Source: an uncultured Candidatus Saccharibacteria bacterium (GTDB lineage: Bacteria > Patescibacteriota > Minisyncoccia > Phycocordibacterales > UBA9973). Taken from it: DNA of 64,000 nucleotides. Of the stretch, positions 37,911 to 46,714 are shown piece after piece. Numbering within the stretch: position 1 is the first letter of the stretch; every line of letters begins with the position of its first letter. The notes under the pieces were generated by a model. The model was not told the DNA's origin. It saw only the letters and a program-made list of their open reading frames with translations, and did not search any database. The DNA is taken from contig CAZFNV010000001.1 of the NCBI GenBank assembly GCA_964520225.1, positions 72,210 to 136,209 of the forward strand. The letters run 5' to 3'. Made by a program: the position numbers and the translations under genes.

Positions 37911-37939
37911 TTGACAAAATGCAAAAAATATGCTAATCA
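37911..37939 (+). promoter_or_regulatory. Sigma70-like promoter TTGACA-17-TAATCA with a TGc extended -10, driving the first high-GC gene; SD AAAGGTAG
   Basis: It shares TTGACA-N8-AAAATATGCTAAT with the promoter at 39571. Confidence 0.45.
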
Positions 37940-37974
37940 GATGAGGAAAGTTCATTAAAAAGAAAGGTAGAAAA

Positions 37975-39420
37975 ATGAAGAGCAAGCTGACCTTCGTGGC
38001 CGCGTTCGTGCTGGTGCTGGTGGCGATCCTCGCCATCGGGTTCTGGACCTCCGAGGTCCAGGCTCAAGAGGTTGCCCCCATGGAGTGGGGGACGATCGAA
38101 GGTGCCAAGGGGACGGCCAACTTGGCCGAGCTCCAAAAGGAGATCAAACGGCTCTCTACGGAGCTTGAAGCAGTTCGTAGAGAAGTGGCCAAGCTCCCTC
38201 AGCTACAACGGGAGCTAAACGAGCTCAAAGCGAGAGGGCAAGCGCCACCATCTGCAACCGCCATCGATGCTTCGCCGCGCATGAGCGCGGCGGCTGAGAC
38301 TGTCCCGAAGGATGAGGCGCGACCTCAGGTCCTCGGCCTCACCTGGGGCCAAGCTGCTCTAGTGGCGCTGTTTCTCGGGTCGGCTTGGGCTTACTACTGG
38401 TGGAGACAACACAAGCCAGAAGAAGTAACTCCAGCAAGACCGAGCGGGATGCCTGGCCTCGCCAGCATCTTTCCGCCAGATCACACAGAAGATCCGTCGG
38501 AGACAGTCGCCTACAATCATGAAAAGAGGCGGCCGCAGTTTCCGCCCGAAAAGAAAGGATGGCGGGAAAAAATGCCTGAGGTGGTACAAAATTGGCTGAG
38601 AGCCAACTTCCCGGGTGCGGGATGGGTCATCCTCCTCGCGCTCATGGGCTCCGCCCAGGCGCAGGAGGCCGGCATCCCGCCGTGCAAGATCGGTCCGATC
38701 TTGGCTGGCGGACTCGTCACCGCTGGGCAGGAGAAGCAAATCCAGATCTCCGTCCGCGGATGCGGAGAGGTGAAGGGGATCAAAACCACAGGAAGCGCTG
38801 TCAGGTTCGGTACGGTGTCTCGTGACGGCAGCATCATCACCACTTCGGCCGTAGTGGAAGAAGATGCGTCTGCATCCACTAGGCCGATCCGTCTCGTTCT
38901 GGAGAACGGAAGCGAGGTGGAGGCTCCGAGAGGGGTCTTCATCATCGTTCGCTCGAAGAGCGAGGAAGACATCCGCCGTGAAGCTGCAGCGGCTACGGCC
39001 AAAGTCAACACGAGAGTGTCCTCCCTGCGGGAGGAGATGATCGCCGGGTTCGCCGAGCTCCGTAAGGAATCTGGCCAGCCTCGCACGGTGGTGCCCCTCG
39101 AGGCATCACCCTCACCCAACCACAAATTGGTCGAGGCAGCCCTCCCGAGCTTGCTCGAGCGGATCGACCGTCTCGAGAAGGCTCCTGTGACGACGTCCAC
39201 ACCAGTCAGCTCGGCCGAGCTGGAGGAGTTGCGAAAGGACATTCGCAAGCTCTTCCATCTCGTCGACGAATTGGCAGAGAATGACCGCCGAATCGCCCGG
39301 ATTCAGGTCGTAGACAAGAAATACTTCGGCCTGAAAAGAACACAGCGGATGTTCAGTCAGCCGACGTTTGACTCGGCCACGGCAATACAGTTGTCGGTCA
39401 GAAAGGAGACGAAGAAGTAA
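37975..39420 (+). CDS. High-GC (foreign-like) secreted membrane protein: signal peptide, coiled coil, TM, second hydrophobic segment, ~100-aa Cys-pair beta domain and a C-terminal coiled coil. Paralog of 39784..40959.
   Basis: Full-length ORF with GC-rich third codon positions and an N-terminal signal peptide MKSKLTFVAAFVLVLVAILAIG. The beta-domain motif IQISVRGCGEVKG...RLVLENGSEV...VFIIVRS aligns with the downstream gene. Confidence 0.6.
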   Translation: MKSKLTFVAAFVLVLVAILAIGFWTSEVQAQEVAPMEWGTIEGAKGTANLAELQKEIKRLSTELEAVRREVAKLPQLQRELNELKARGQAPPSATAIDASPRMSAAAETVPKDEARPQVLGLTWGQAALVALFLGSAWAYYWWRQHKPEEVTPARPSGMPGLASIFPPDHTEDPSETVAYNHEKRRPQFPPEKKGWREKMPEVVQNWLRANFPGAGWVILLALMGSAQAQEAGIPPCKIGPILAGGLVTAGQEKQIQISVRGCGEVKGIKTTGSAVRFGTVSRDGSIITTSAVVEEDASASTRPIRLVLENGSEVEAPRGVFIIVRSKSEEDIRREAAAATAKVNTRVSSLREEMIAGFAELRKESGQPRTVVPLEASPSPNHKLVEAALPSLLERIDRLEKAPVTTSTPVSSAELEELRKDIRKLFHLVDELAENDRRIARIQVVDKKYFGLKRTQRMFSQPTFDSATAIQLSVRKETKK

Positions 39421-39487
39421 TGAAGCTTGGGTAGCCCGGTGACACCCTAAGATCACCGGCAGGTGAAGGCCCTGATCGCCTTCGATA

Positions 39488-39526
39488 GGCCCGGCGCGTT
39501 TTACGCGCTGGGCCTTTAACTTTTCT
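39488..39526 (+). terminator. Rho-independent terminator (GGCCCGGCGCG-UUUUA-CGCGCUGGGCC followed by a U-rich tract)
   Basis: Seen in sequence. Confidence 0.6.
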
Positions 39527-39570
39527 ATAAAAAACCAAAACACACATATTTTAAATAAGCAATAATATTC

Positions 39571-39599
39571 TTGACATTTTAGGTAAAATATGCTAATAT
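39571..39599 (+). promoter_or_regulatory. Sigma70-like promoter TTGACA-17-TAATAT (TGcTAATAT extended -10) in the AT-rich spacer between the two high-GC genes
   Basis: Seen in sequence. Confidence 0.5.
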
Positions 39600-39783
39600 A
39601 TTAAGATATAGTTCTTTGACTTTTTACTTCTAAAATCCCGTAGTAGATCCTAATAGCTTTAGGATTCACTACAGGATATATTCTACCTACATATATTTGG
39701 ACGAGGCAGATAGCGCCCCTAAGGGGCATTACCTGCTTCGCCCAAATTTTTTGGGTGATAGAAACTTCCTGAGGAGGAAGACC

Positions 39784-40959
39784 ATGACGAAGATCATGTC
39801 GTTCGTTCTCGCGCTCGTGCTGTCGTCGTTCGTCGCCGGCGCCCAGGAGGTCCCCGTCCGGGACTTTCCGCCCGAGACGACGCCGACGGCGTCGCCCACG
39901 GCCACGCCCCGCCCCACCCCGGCCGCCAACGCGGTGGCCCCGACTCCCGAGAAGGAGGAGGAGTCCTGGCCGTGGTGGATGCTCCCAATCGGAGTTTTGA
40001 GCGGGATCGTAGCGATCGGAGGCGGGATCTGGTTCTTCTTCTGGCGCAAGCCGAAGGAGAAACCGGCGCCTCGTCGCCCCATCGGGCACGAGGATGCGGA
40101 TGAGCCGCCGCACCACCACGGTGGTGGGCACGGCACGGCCATCGCCCTCTTGCTCAGCCTGACCCTCGTGGGTCAGGTCTGGGCACAGACGCCCGCGCCC
40201 TCGCCGACCGCTACGCCGGCTTCGCCGGCGTGCGAGATCGTGAAGGTCATCAGTGAGCACACCGTGGTTCGGAGCGTTCCGAACCCGGTGACCAAACCGG
40301 CGGACGTCGAGTTCCGTCTCGCCGTCCGGGGTTGCGAAACCCCGGCGGTGAAGGGGGTCGAGGCCGCCGCACGCGGCGTCTCGTTCACCGACGTCACCCG
40401 CGAGGGTGACGTGGTCAAGGCGAAGGTGGTCGTCACCACCGACGCCGAGACGGGCCCTGCCCGCCTTCGCCTCGTCCTCGCGGACGGGTCGAAGGTAAAG
40501 AGCCTGGAGAACGTTTTCATCGACGTTCGTTCGGCCGAGGTCGCCGCGGCCCACAAGGTCGCGATGGCCGAAATCTCCCGTGCGTCCTCCGTCGCTCACA
40601 AGGCGGCGAAGGACGTCGCGACGATCCGAACCGAGCTCGCTCGGGTCGAGGCGGACCTCGGGCGGCAGCTCGCTTCCGTGGAGGCTTCGGCCTTGACGGA
40701 GGCGCAGGTGCGCGCGATCGTCGTCGAGGCCCTGTCTCCTTTGTACAAGGAGATCCAGGTTCTCGCGCGGGTGGACGATGCCATCGCTGGCAATCTCCAC
40801 GAGCTCGCCTCCGCCACCGAGTTGGTGGCCAAGGAGAAGGTGAAGAAAAGCACCTTCGGGGGTAAGAAGCCCCACAACCTCGAGGCCGCCAAGATGGCGG
40901 AGGAGATCAGGAAGAACCTCTCGCTGGAAGGTGAGGGAGGAAAGGAGGACGAATCGTAG
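39784..40959 (+). CDS. High-GC (foreign-like) secreted membrane protein, paralog of 37975..39420: signal peptide, Pro/Thr linker, TM, His/Gly-rich loop, second hydrophobic segment, Cys-pair beta domain, coiled coil
   Basis: The start is taken at the ATG at 39784 (MTKIMSFVLALVLSSFVAGAQE) with SD GAGGAGGA. Beta domain FRLAVRGCETPAVKG...RLVLADGSKV...VFIDVRS. The long antisense ORF 39601..40986 is a GC artefact. Confidence 0.6.
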   Translation: MTKIMSFVLALVLSSFVAGAQEVPVRDFPPETTPTASPTATPRPTPAANAVAPTPEKEEESWPWWMLPIGVLSGIVAIGGGIWFFFWRKPKEKPAPRRPIGHEDADEPPHHHGGGHGTAIALLLSLTLVGQVWAQTPAPSPTATPASPACEIVKVISEHTVVRSVPNPVTKPADVEFRLAVRGCETPAVKGVEAAARGVSFTDVTREGDVVKAKVVVTTDAETGPARLRLVLADGSKVKSLENVFIDVRSAEVAAAHKVAMAEISRASSVAHKAAKDVATIRTELARVEADLGRQLASVEASALTEAQVRAIVVEALSPLYKEIQVLARVDDAIAGNLHELASATELVAKEKVKKSTFGGKKPHNLEAAKMAEEIRKNLSLEGEGGKEDES

Positions 40960-41129
40960 AAGTAGTAAGGGGTGAGGTCGCGACACCCAAAGTTCGCGAC
41001 AACGGTAGTGGATCCCGATGATCTACAATATCAAGAGCCAGCACGTACCCCAAGAAAGGAGGAACGCTGGCTCTTTAACATTTATGGGCAACACTAGCGA
41101 GAAAATTTTTTAAATAATATAATTAATAA

Positions 41130-43577
41130 ATGCCAAAACTATCTTTAGATTTAAGTAGTCAACCAATCGCAAAAAGTAAAGACGTTCCGCCGCAAAAAGG
41201 GCTGGAAGAAAAATTGAAAAAATTTAAGGCAGAAACTTTAGAAATACTTCAGGCAAATGTGAATGATGTAGGTTTTCTAGTTGAAAAAAAGAAGAGTGAA
41301 TGGTTCGCGAAGCAGTTCGCAGAACTTTCCACCAAAGCACCAAAAGGAACATTGGGGAGATTTCTAAAAGGGCTCGAAAAGTCATTTAAGTCAGATGCGG
41401 AAGTTGCTAAAAAGAAGCTGGATGCGGAAAACAAAGGAGTGCTAACAAAGGTCTCGAGCGTGGCACATTTGGCAAAAAATGTTTTACGTCCGATTCGCCT
41501 TATAATGGATGTCACAGGAATGTCGCCAGCTGGAGCACAAAGGCTAGTAATGGCCGGAGGGATGCTAACTTCACGAGTACTCGGCGCAAGTAAGGAGGCT
41601 CGTTTTGCGAATGAAAAACTCATAGAACAAACTCGCGGTGGTACCACAGAAGCGGATATCCAAAAAGCTGAAGAAGAAGCCTGGAGAATATACAATCGGG
41701 CTAGGTTAGATTCTGGTGTTCAAATTCCACCTGAAGATGTTGAATATTATAAAAGCGGAGAAGCGGGGGTAAAACACAATGTTACAGTTGATGCGCTCAA
41801 GAAAGCGTATTTAAAAGGTATTCCAAAAGATTTACAAGAAAGACTCAAAAAAGACACAGGAGCAGTTTATGATCTCACTCAAAGAATTTTAAGAAGGTCT
41901 TTAGAGCTGAGTGTTGCCAAGTTGAATAATAATATAAGAAAAATAAAGGAGAATAAAAAACTTTCGGCTGAAAAAAAGAAGGCGAAGACGGAAGAGCTTT
42001 TGCGTTGGTGGGAAAGGGGGCTTATGGATTATGATCGCGCCTTAACACAGGCAGGTACAGTAGACAAATTTGCAGTTCTCGCGCGCTACGGAGAAACAGC
42101 CGCAAAAACATTAGTCCGTGCAGCGACATTGCAAACAGCCTACCTAACCCTAGAGAAAGTTTGGGAAGGGCTGGCAAAGATAGGAGCAAGTCTGGCATCA
42201 CAAGACGATTTTAGCGCGTATGATCTAAAGGCAAATCTGAAAGTAAAAGAACTGGCCACGGCAAGGTTAACAAAAATTGCAGAGAAAGCCGAGCTCGCAC
42301 AAAAAAATTTAGAAGCAAATAAGGCAGCAGAAGCAAGGTGGCGAGCTGATACAATGTGGGGACAACCGACAAAGGTACCCATGGCACCTGCGACAACAGA
42401 AGTCGAAACACCACAAACAACAACTCCGACAGGACCTACTCCTACTCTAGAGTCTACTCCAGAGGGAGCACAAGTAAAAACAGAAATCTCAGAGGAAAAA
42501 CCTGAGGTTAATGTTACACCAACAGAAGCAACACATGGGGTAGAAGAAACTCCAGAAAAGCCTCGAGAATTTGCGGACGAAGAAGATACAGAAGTTGCCC
42601 CTACTGAAACAAAGGCAGAAGAAGTGGTAACACCAACTGCGCCAGCAGAAACACCAGCAACGCCAGAAGAAATGACCGAAGAGCCTAGAGATTTTTCTGA
42701 GGAGGAGGAAGTAATGAAAATTCCTATGGGTGGCAATGAAAACCCACTAAGAACTGAAAGCTTAGAAGAGTTAGAAGCATCAGACGAAGACACAACCAAA
42801 GAGGAGCTAGGTGATAAACATAAGAAGTTTGGTTTTGAGGTTAATAAACGAGAGGAAGTAAAATTACATCCAGAACAAACAGAGTACTTGAGAGGTATCG
42901 GTGTACCTGAGGAAAAAATGGGCGACCCTGAAGCTATACGCCAATACTTAGAAGGAGATGTGCCAGAATCTGATGAGGCGCCAATACACATGACGGCTGA
43001 ATATAATCCAGGAAACATATCTGCGGATGTAGACACTACTGAAGAAATTGCTGGAGAAGAAACCACACCAAAAAATAGTATAGAAAAAGTAATAAAAAAG
43101 TTGGAGCACGCATATGGAGAGCCTGGGAAAATAGAAACTGAGTACTTAGAAGACAAGGAGATAGTCCCAGAGCAAGCCGAGATGGTAGAAGAGGCTCCAG
43201 TCCAAGAAAACATTACAGAAGAGATTGCAGGGAATAGGTACGACCTGTCGCCCGAGGCTCTACAAGAAGTAGATACGGCATACAACGATGCCCTACACAA
43301 GCTTGCTTATGGTGAAGAAACGAAACTTGCAGGAACAAAGATATCTACATTCCTACCAAAAAATCCAAAAATAATTGCCGAGGGTTTTGATATGGAAGGG
43401 GTTAAAACTCCAGTGCATTCCTATCTCGAAAAAGTTCGCGCCATAACTGGAGTAAAGCCCAAGCTTGGTGGATGGTTTAGTAGGGAAGAAAATGTAGAAA
43501 AATATCTTGCGCGCGCGCTACAATACGCTGCAGCAAGGAATGACGGCACCCTGGAAAAACTCAAGATAGTCGGCTAG
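41130..43577 (+). CDS. Large (815 aa) acidic hypothetical protein with a Thr/Pro/Glu-rich low-complexity centre; no TM
   Basis: ORF spanning the whole interval and tightly spaced to uvrD. Confidence 0.5.
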   Translation: MPKLSLDLSSQPIAKSKDVPPQKGLEEKLKKFKAETLEILQANVNDVGFLVEKKKSEWFAKQFAELSTKAPKGTLGRFLKGLEKSFKSDAEVAKKKLDAENKGVLTKVSSVAHLAKNVLRPIRLIMDVTGMSPAGAQRLVMAGGMLTSRVLGASKEARFANEKLIEQTRGGTTEADIQKAEEEAWRIYNRARLDSGVQIPPEDVEYYKSGEAGVKHNVTVDALKKAYLKGIPKDLQERLKKDTGAVYDLTQRILRRSLELSVAKLNNNIRKIKENKKLSAEKKKAKTEELLRWWERGLMDYDRALTQAGTVDKFAVLARYGETAAKTLVRAATLQTAYLTLEKVWEGLAKIGASLASQDDFSAYDLKANLKVKELATARLTKIAEKAELAQKNLEANKAAEARWRADTMWGQPTKVPMAPATTEVETPQTTTPTGPTPTLESTPEGAQVKTEISEEKPEVNVTPTEATHGVEETPEKPREFADEEDTEVAPTETKAEEVVTPTAPAETPATPEEMTEEPRDFSEEEEVMKIPMGGNENPLRTESLEELEASDEDTTKEELGDKHKKFGFEVNKREEVKLHPEQTEYLRGIGVPEEKMGDPEAIRQYLEGDVPESDEAPIHMTAEYNPGNISADVDTTEEIAGEETTPKNSIEKVIKKLEHAYGEPGKIETEYLEDKEIVPEQAEMVEEAPVQENITEEIAGNRYDLSPEALQEVDTAYNDALHKLAYGEETKLAGTKISTFLPKNPKIIAEGFDMEGVKTPVHSYLEKVRAITGVKPKLGGWFSREENVEKYLARALQYAAARNDGTLEKLKIVG

Positions 43578-43595
43578 CTGTGTTATATTATCTAG

Positions 43596-45770
43596 GTGCA
43601 GGGGAAAAATCATCTAGACGAACTAAATCCTAAACAAAGAGAAGCGGCCATCCACAAAGACGGGCCGCTTTTGGTCGTGGCCGGCGCAGGTGCGGGTAAA
43701 ACTAAAACCATAACTCACCGCATAGTGAACTTGATAAATGAGGGTGTCGCGCCAGATAGCATACTCGCAGTAACTTTTACCAATAAAGCAGCAAAGGAAA
43801 TGCGGGAAAGAATATTGAAAGCTTTAGAAGAACGAAGAGCGGAACATCCTCCTCGCTTTCCTCGCCAGCCCAGCGTGCCGGCTCAGGGTTTCGCCCTCAC
43901 TACCGAGCCGAGCTCGGACCATGCTATTGAGGGCTCAAAACCCGCTGCGGAGGGTGTTCCGCCCTTCGTCTCTACCTTTCATTCGCTCGGTGTACATATA
44001 TTGAAAGAGAATGCGCGCAGGCTAGGGCTCAGCCGATATTTCAGCATACTAGATGAGGGTGATGTGGTGAGTATGATCCGCGAAATACAGAAGGAGCTAG
44101 GTATTGATCCAAAACAATATGAACCAAGGAAAATACGCGGAGCAATCTCGCGCGAGAAAGGTAAGTTTGCACATATTGATGAATACGCAGGCGCCAATAT
44201 GAACCCGTTCGGCCGAATAGTCACAGAAGTCTGGCGCAAATATGAAGACAGAAAAGCGGGGGAGAATGCGCTCGACTTCGACGACCTGCTACTTAAAACA
44301 GTAAAGCTCTTGAAGGAGCACGAGGATGTTCGAGAACATTATCAAAGCCGCTGGCAATACATACACGTAGATGAATATCAGGATACGAATGAAGTGCAGT
44401 ACCTCCTGACCAAACTCCTCGCAGAGAAACATCAGAATATTTGTGTGGTAGGGGATGGCGATCAAAACATATACAGCTGGCGCGGAGCAAATTTGAAAAA
44501 TATTTTGAACTTTGAGAAGGATTATAAAAATGCGAAGGTAGTGCTCTTGGAAGAGAATTATAGATCGACGCAAAATATTCTAGAAGCAGCGAATGAAGTG
44601 ATAAAGAAAAATCAATTTCGCGTAGAGAAAAATCTTTTCACTCGCAATGACACGGGGGAGAAGATCGGGTTATATGAAGCGCTCTCTGAAGCAGAAGAAG
44701 CCGACTTCGTAGCGACGAAAATTTTGGAAATTATAGACAGCGGAGCCACTGATGCTTTCGAGGGACTTGGGAGCGCGACGGCGCGAGCACGAGGAATTTT
44801 TCAGCAGAAAAATATCCGTACCCTAGAAAGTATTAGTGGCGACGCAGATTCTTCGGATATAAAAATTCTATCATCTGCTCCGCCTGATTTTTCTGACATT
44901 GCAGTTCTTTACCGCACTAATTTCCAGTCACGAGTGCTTGAAGAAGCGATGCTCCGCTACAATATTCCATATCAAGTGCTCGGAGTAAAATTCTTTGAAC
45001 GTAAAGAGGTGAAGGACACGCTAGCCTACCTCCGCGCAGCATTAAACCCTGAAAGTTTGTCAGACATAAAAAGAATAATAAACTTTCCAAAGCGAGGCAT
45101 AGGTAAGGCAACACTAGATAAAGTGTTTGCAAAAAATCTAGAGAGTTTGCCTGCCAGCACGAGAGTTAAAATAAATTCTTTCTACCAACTACTCACGGAG
45201 ATAAAAGAAAAGATAGAGACAGTAAGTGCAGAAGAGGCGATAAAATTCACAGTGAAAAAGTCAGGAATTGAACGAGAGTTGTTAGAAGGTGGTGAAGATG
45301 ATGCAGAAAGACTAGCCAACATTAAAGAGCTGGCTACGCTCGCGCTTAAATATGAAGAGCTCGAGCCACCACGTGGAATTGAAAAATTATTAGAGGAGGC
45401 ATCGCTTGCTACTGATCAAGATTCGCTAACAGAAAAAAGTGCAAAAAAAGATAAGTTTGGAGTGAAGCTCATGACTGTACACGCATCGAAGGGGCTAGAA
45501 TTTAAATATGTATTCGTGGTTGGGCTTGAAGATGGACTTTTCCCAGCTTCGGCAAGAGGTGGTGAGAAAAGAGATGATGAAGAAGAACGCCGACTTTTCT
45601 ATGTAGCTCTCACTCGCGCACGACATAAAATATTTTTGTCTTTCGCAAATTTTCGCACCATATTCGGCTCTCGCCAGATAAACGCACCATCAGAATTCTT
45701 AAGCGACATACCTGCCGACCTACTCGAACGCGAAAGGGACAAAAGCGGAGTAAAAACGATTTATATATAG
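43596..45770 (+). CDS. uvrD: UvrD/PcrA-type ATP-dependent DNA helicase (GTG start) carrying a ~47-aa GC-rich Pro/Ala-rich insertion after motif Ia
   Basis: VVAGAGAGKTKT (motif I), TFTNKAAKEM (Ia), DEYQDTN (II), and later helicase motifs. Confidence 0.85.
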   Translation: MQGKNHLDELNPKQREAAIHKDGPLLVVAGAGAGKTKTITHRIVNLINEGVAPDSILAVTFTNKAAKEMRERILKALEERRAEHPPRFPRQPSVPAQGFALTTEPSSDHAIEGSKPAAEGVPPFVSTFHSLGVHILKENARRLGLSRYFSILDEGDVVSMIREIQKELGIDPKQYEPRKIRGAISREKGKFAHIDEYAGANMNPFGRIVTEVWRKYEDRKAGENALDFDDLLLKTVKLLKEHEDVREHYQSRWQYIHVDEYQDTNEVQYLLTKLLAEKHQNICVVGDGDQNIYSWRGANLKNILNFEKDYKNAKVVLLEENYRSTQNILEAANEVIKKNQFRVEKNLFTRNDTGEKIGLYEALSEAEEADFVATKILEIIDSGATDAFEGLGSATARARGIFQQKNIRTLESISGDADSSDIKILSSAPPDFSDIAVLYRTNFQSRVLEEAMLRYNIPYQVLGVKFFERKEVKDTLAYLRAALNPESLSDIKRIINFPKRGIGKATLDKVFAKNLESLPASTRVKINSFYQLLTEIKEKIETVSAEEAIKFTVKKSGIERELLEGGEDDAERLANIKELATLALKYEELEPPRGIEKLLEEASLATDQDSLTEKSAKKDKFGVKLMTVHASKGLEFKYVFVVGLEDGLFPASARGGEKRDDEEERRLFYVALTRARHKIFLSFANFRTIFGSRQINAPSEFLSDIPADLLERERDKSGVKTIYI

Positions 45771-45782
45771 ATATTAGGATGC

Positions 45783-46628
45783 TTAACTTTCTTTCTTGAA
45801 TATATACTCAAGGACAGATTTTACCTTGGCACTACCGTCGATTTTATCTAAGTTGGAATAAACTTCGTCGAGCTTATCCTTTAGCATGCTCTTTACTTGC
45901 TCCTCTCCAAACCGGTAGACGCTTGTATTCTTGTCTTTATCTACCCCCGTCGGCTTACCGGTTAAAGTAGAGTTTTTCAAGTCTCTCAAATCATCAAACA
46001 GCTGATAAGCAAGTGCAAGATCATTACCAATCTTTTCGAATACATTTAAAAGGTTCTGTTTTTTTAATAGATGAACGGGTAGAAGCACGGCTAAAAACAG
46101 CATACTATTCTTGAGTTGCATAGAAGATATGAGATCGTTGTCATTTTTCTTAATATCAAGATCCAGCTCCTGGCCCAGGAGGACATTTTTTATCGCCTGA
46201 TTTATTAAAACATCAGCCTGCATAACTTCCTGGACATCACCCAGGTGATCCTGTATAGCCTCGTTCAATAATTTTCTACCTTCTTCTTGTAAGAAGAGCC
46301 CCGCAAAGATAGCGTTTGATTCTCCGTACTCCAAATGAACTGATGGCTTACCTTTTCGGAGAGGCGCATTGTCAATAGAGGGCAAATCATCAAAAATCAG
46401 AGACGACTGATGCAGAAACTCCAGCGCTACAATAGCTTTATCGTACCGACCGTCAGCACCACCCAACAATCTGTAAATCTCCATCGCAATAATGGCTCTA
46501 TATCTCTTGCCTTCAGGTAATATGGAATACCTAGCAGCCAGTAGGTGCTGATAGCGTCGGTTAACATCTAAATAGGCACTGATCTTAGAATCAACATAGC
46601 TCTTTTGGATCCTAAAAAAGTCGTCCAT
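45783..46628 (-). CDS. Polyprenyl diphosphate synthase (trans-IPPS)
   Basis: First DDxxD region LIFDDLPSIDNAPLRKGKPS and second YQLFDDLRD. Confidence 0.75.
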   Translation of the reverse strand: MDDFFRIQKSYVDSKISAYLDVNRRYQHLLAARYSILPEGKRYRAIIAMEIYRLLGGADGRYDKAIVALEFLHQSSLIFDDLPSIDNAPLRKGKPSVHLEYGESNAIFAGLFLQEEGRKLLNEAIQDHLGDVQEVMQADVLINQAIKNVLLGQELDLDIKKNDNDLISSMQLKNSMLFLAVLLPVHLLKKQNLLNVFEKIGNDLALAYQLFDDLRDLKNSTLTGKPTGVDKDKNTSVYRFGEEQVKSMLKDKLDEVYSNLDKIDGSAKVKSVLEYIFKKES

Positions 46629-46714
46629 CAGTTAATCGTAGCACTTAGAGGCTGAGTTTCATAGACAAAACAGTAAACTAGCAACCCCCAATCGCCCTGT
46701 GTTATAGTTTTCTT

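Noticed and set aside
39665-39680. 13-nt match ATTCACTACAGGAT shared with 52708-52721
   Set aside because: About 30 chance 13-mer repeats are expected in a 64-kb AT-rich window; there is no supporting context.
39601-40986. 461-aa minus-strand ORF (Arg/Gly/Leu-rich), plus the other antisense ORFs at 38517-39248, 39729-40142 and 40173-40556
   Set aside because: They are antisense to the signal-peptide-bearing plus-strand genes. Long spurious ORFs are expected in 65% GC DNA, and they have no start context.
42140-43300. 386-aa Ser-rich minus-strand ORF
   Set aside because: It is antisense to the Glu/Thr/Pro-rich low-complexity core of the 815-aa plus-strand protein (GAA/GAG codons read as TTC/CTC). 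The plus-strand ORF spans the whole interval.
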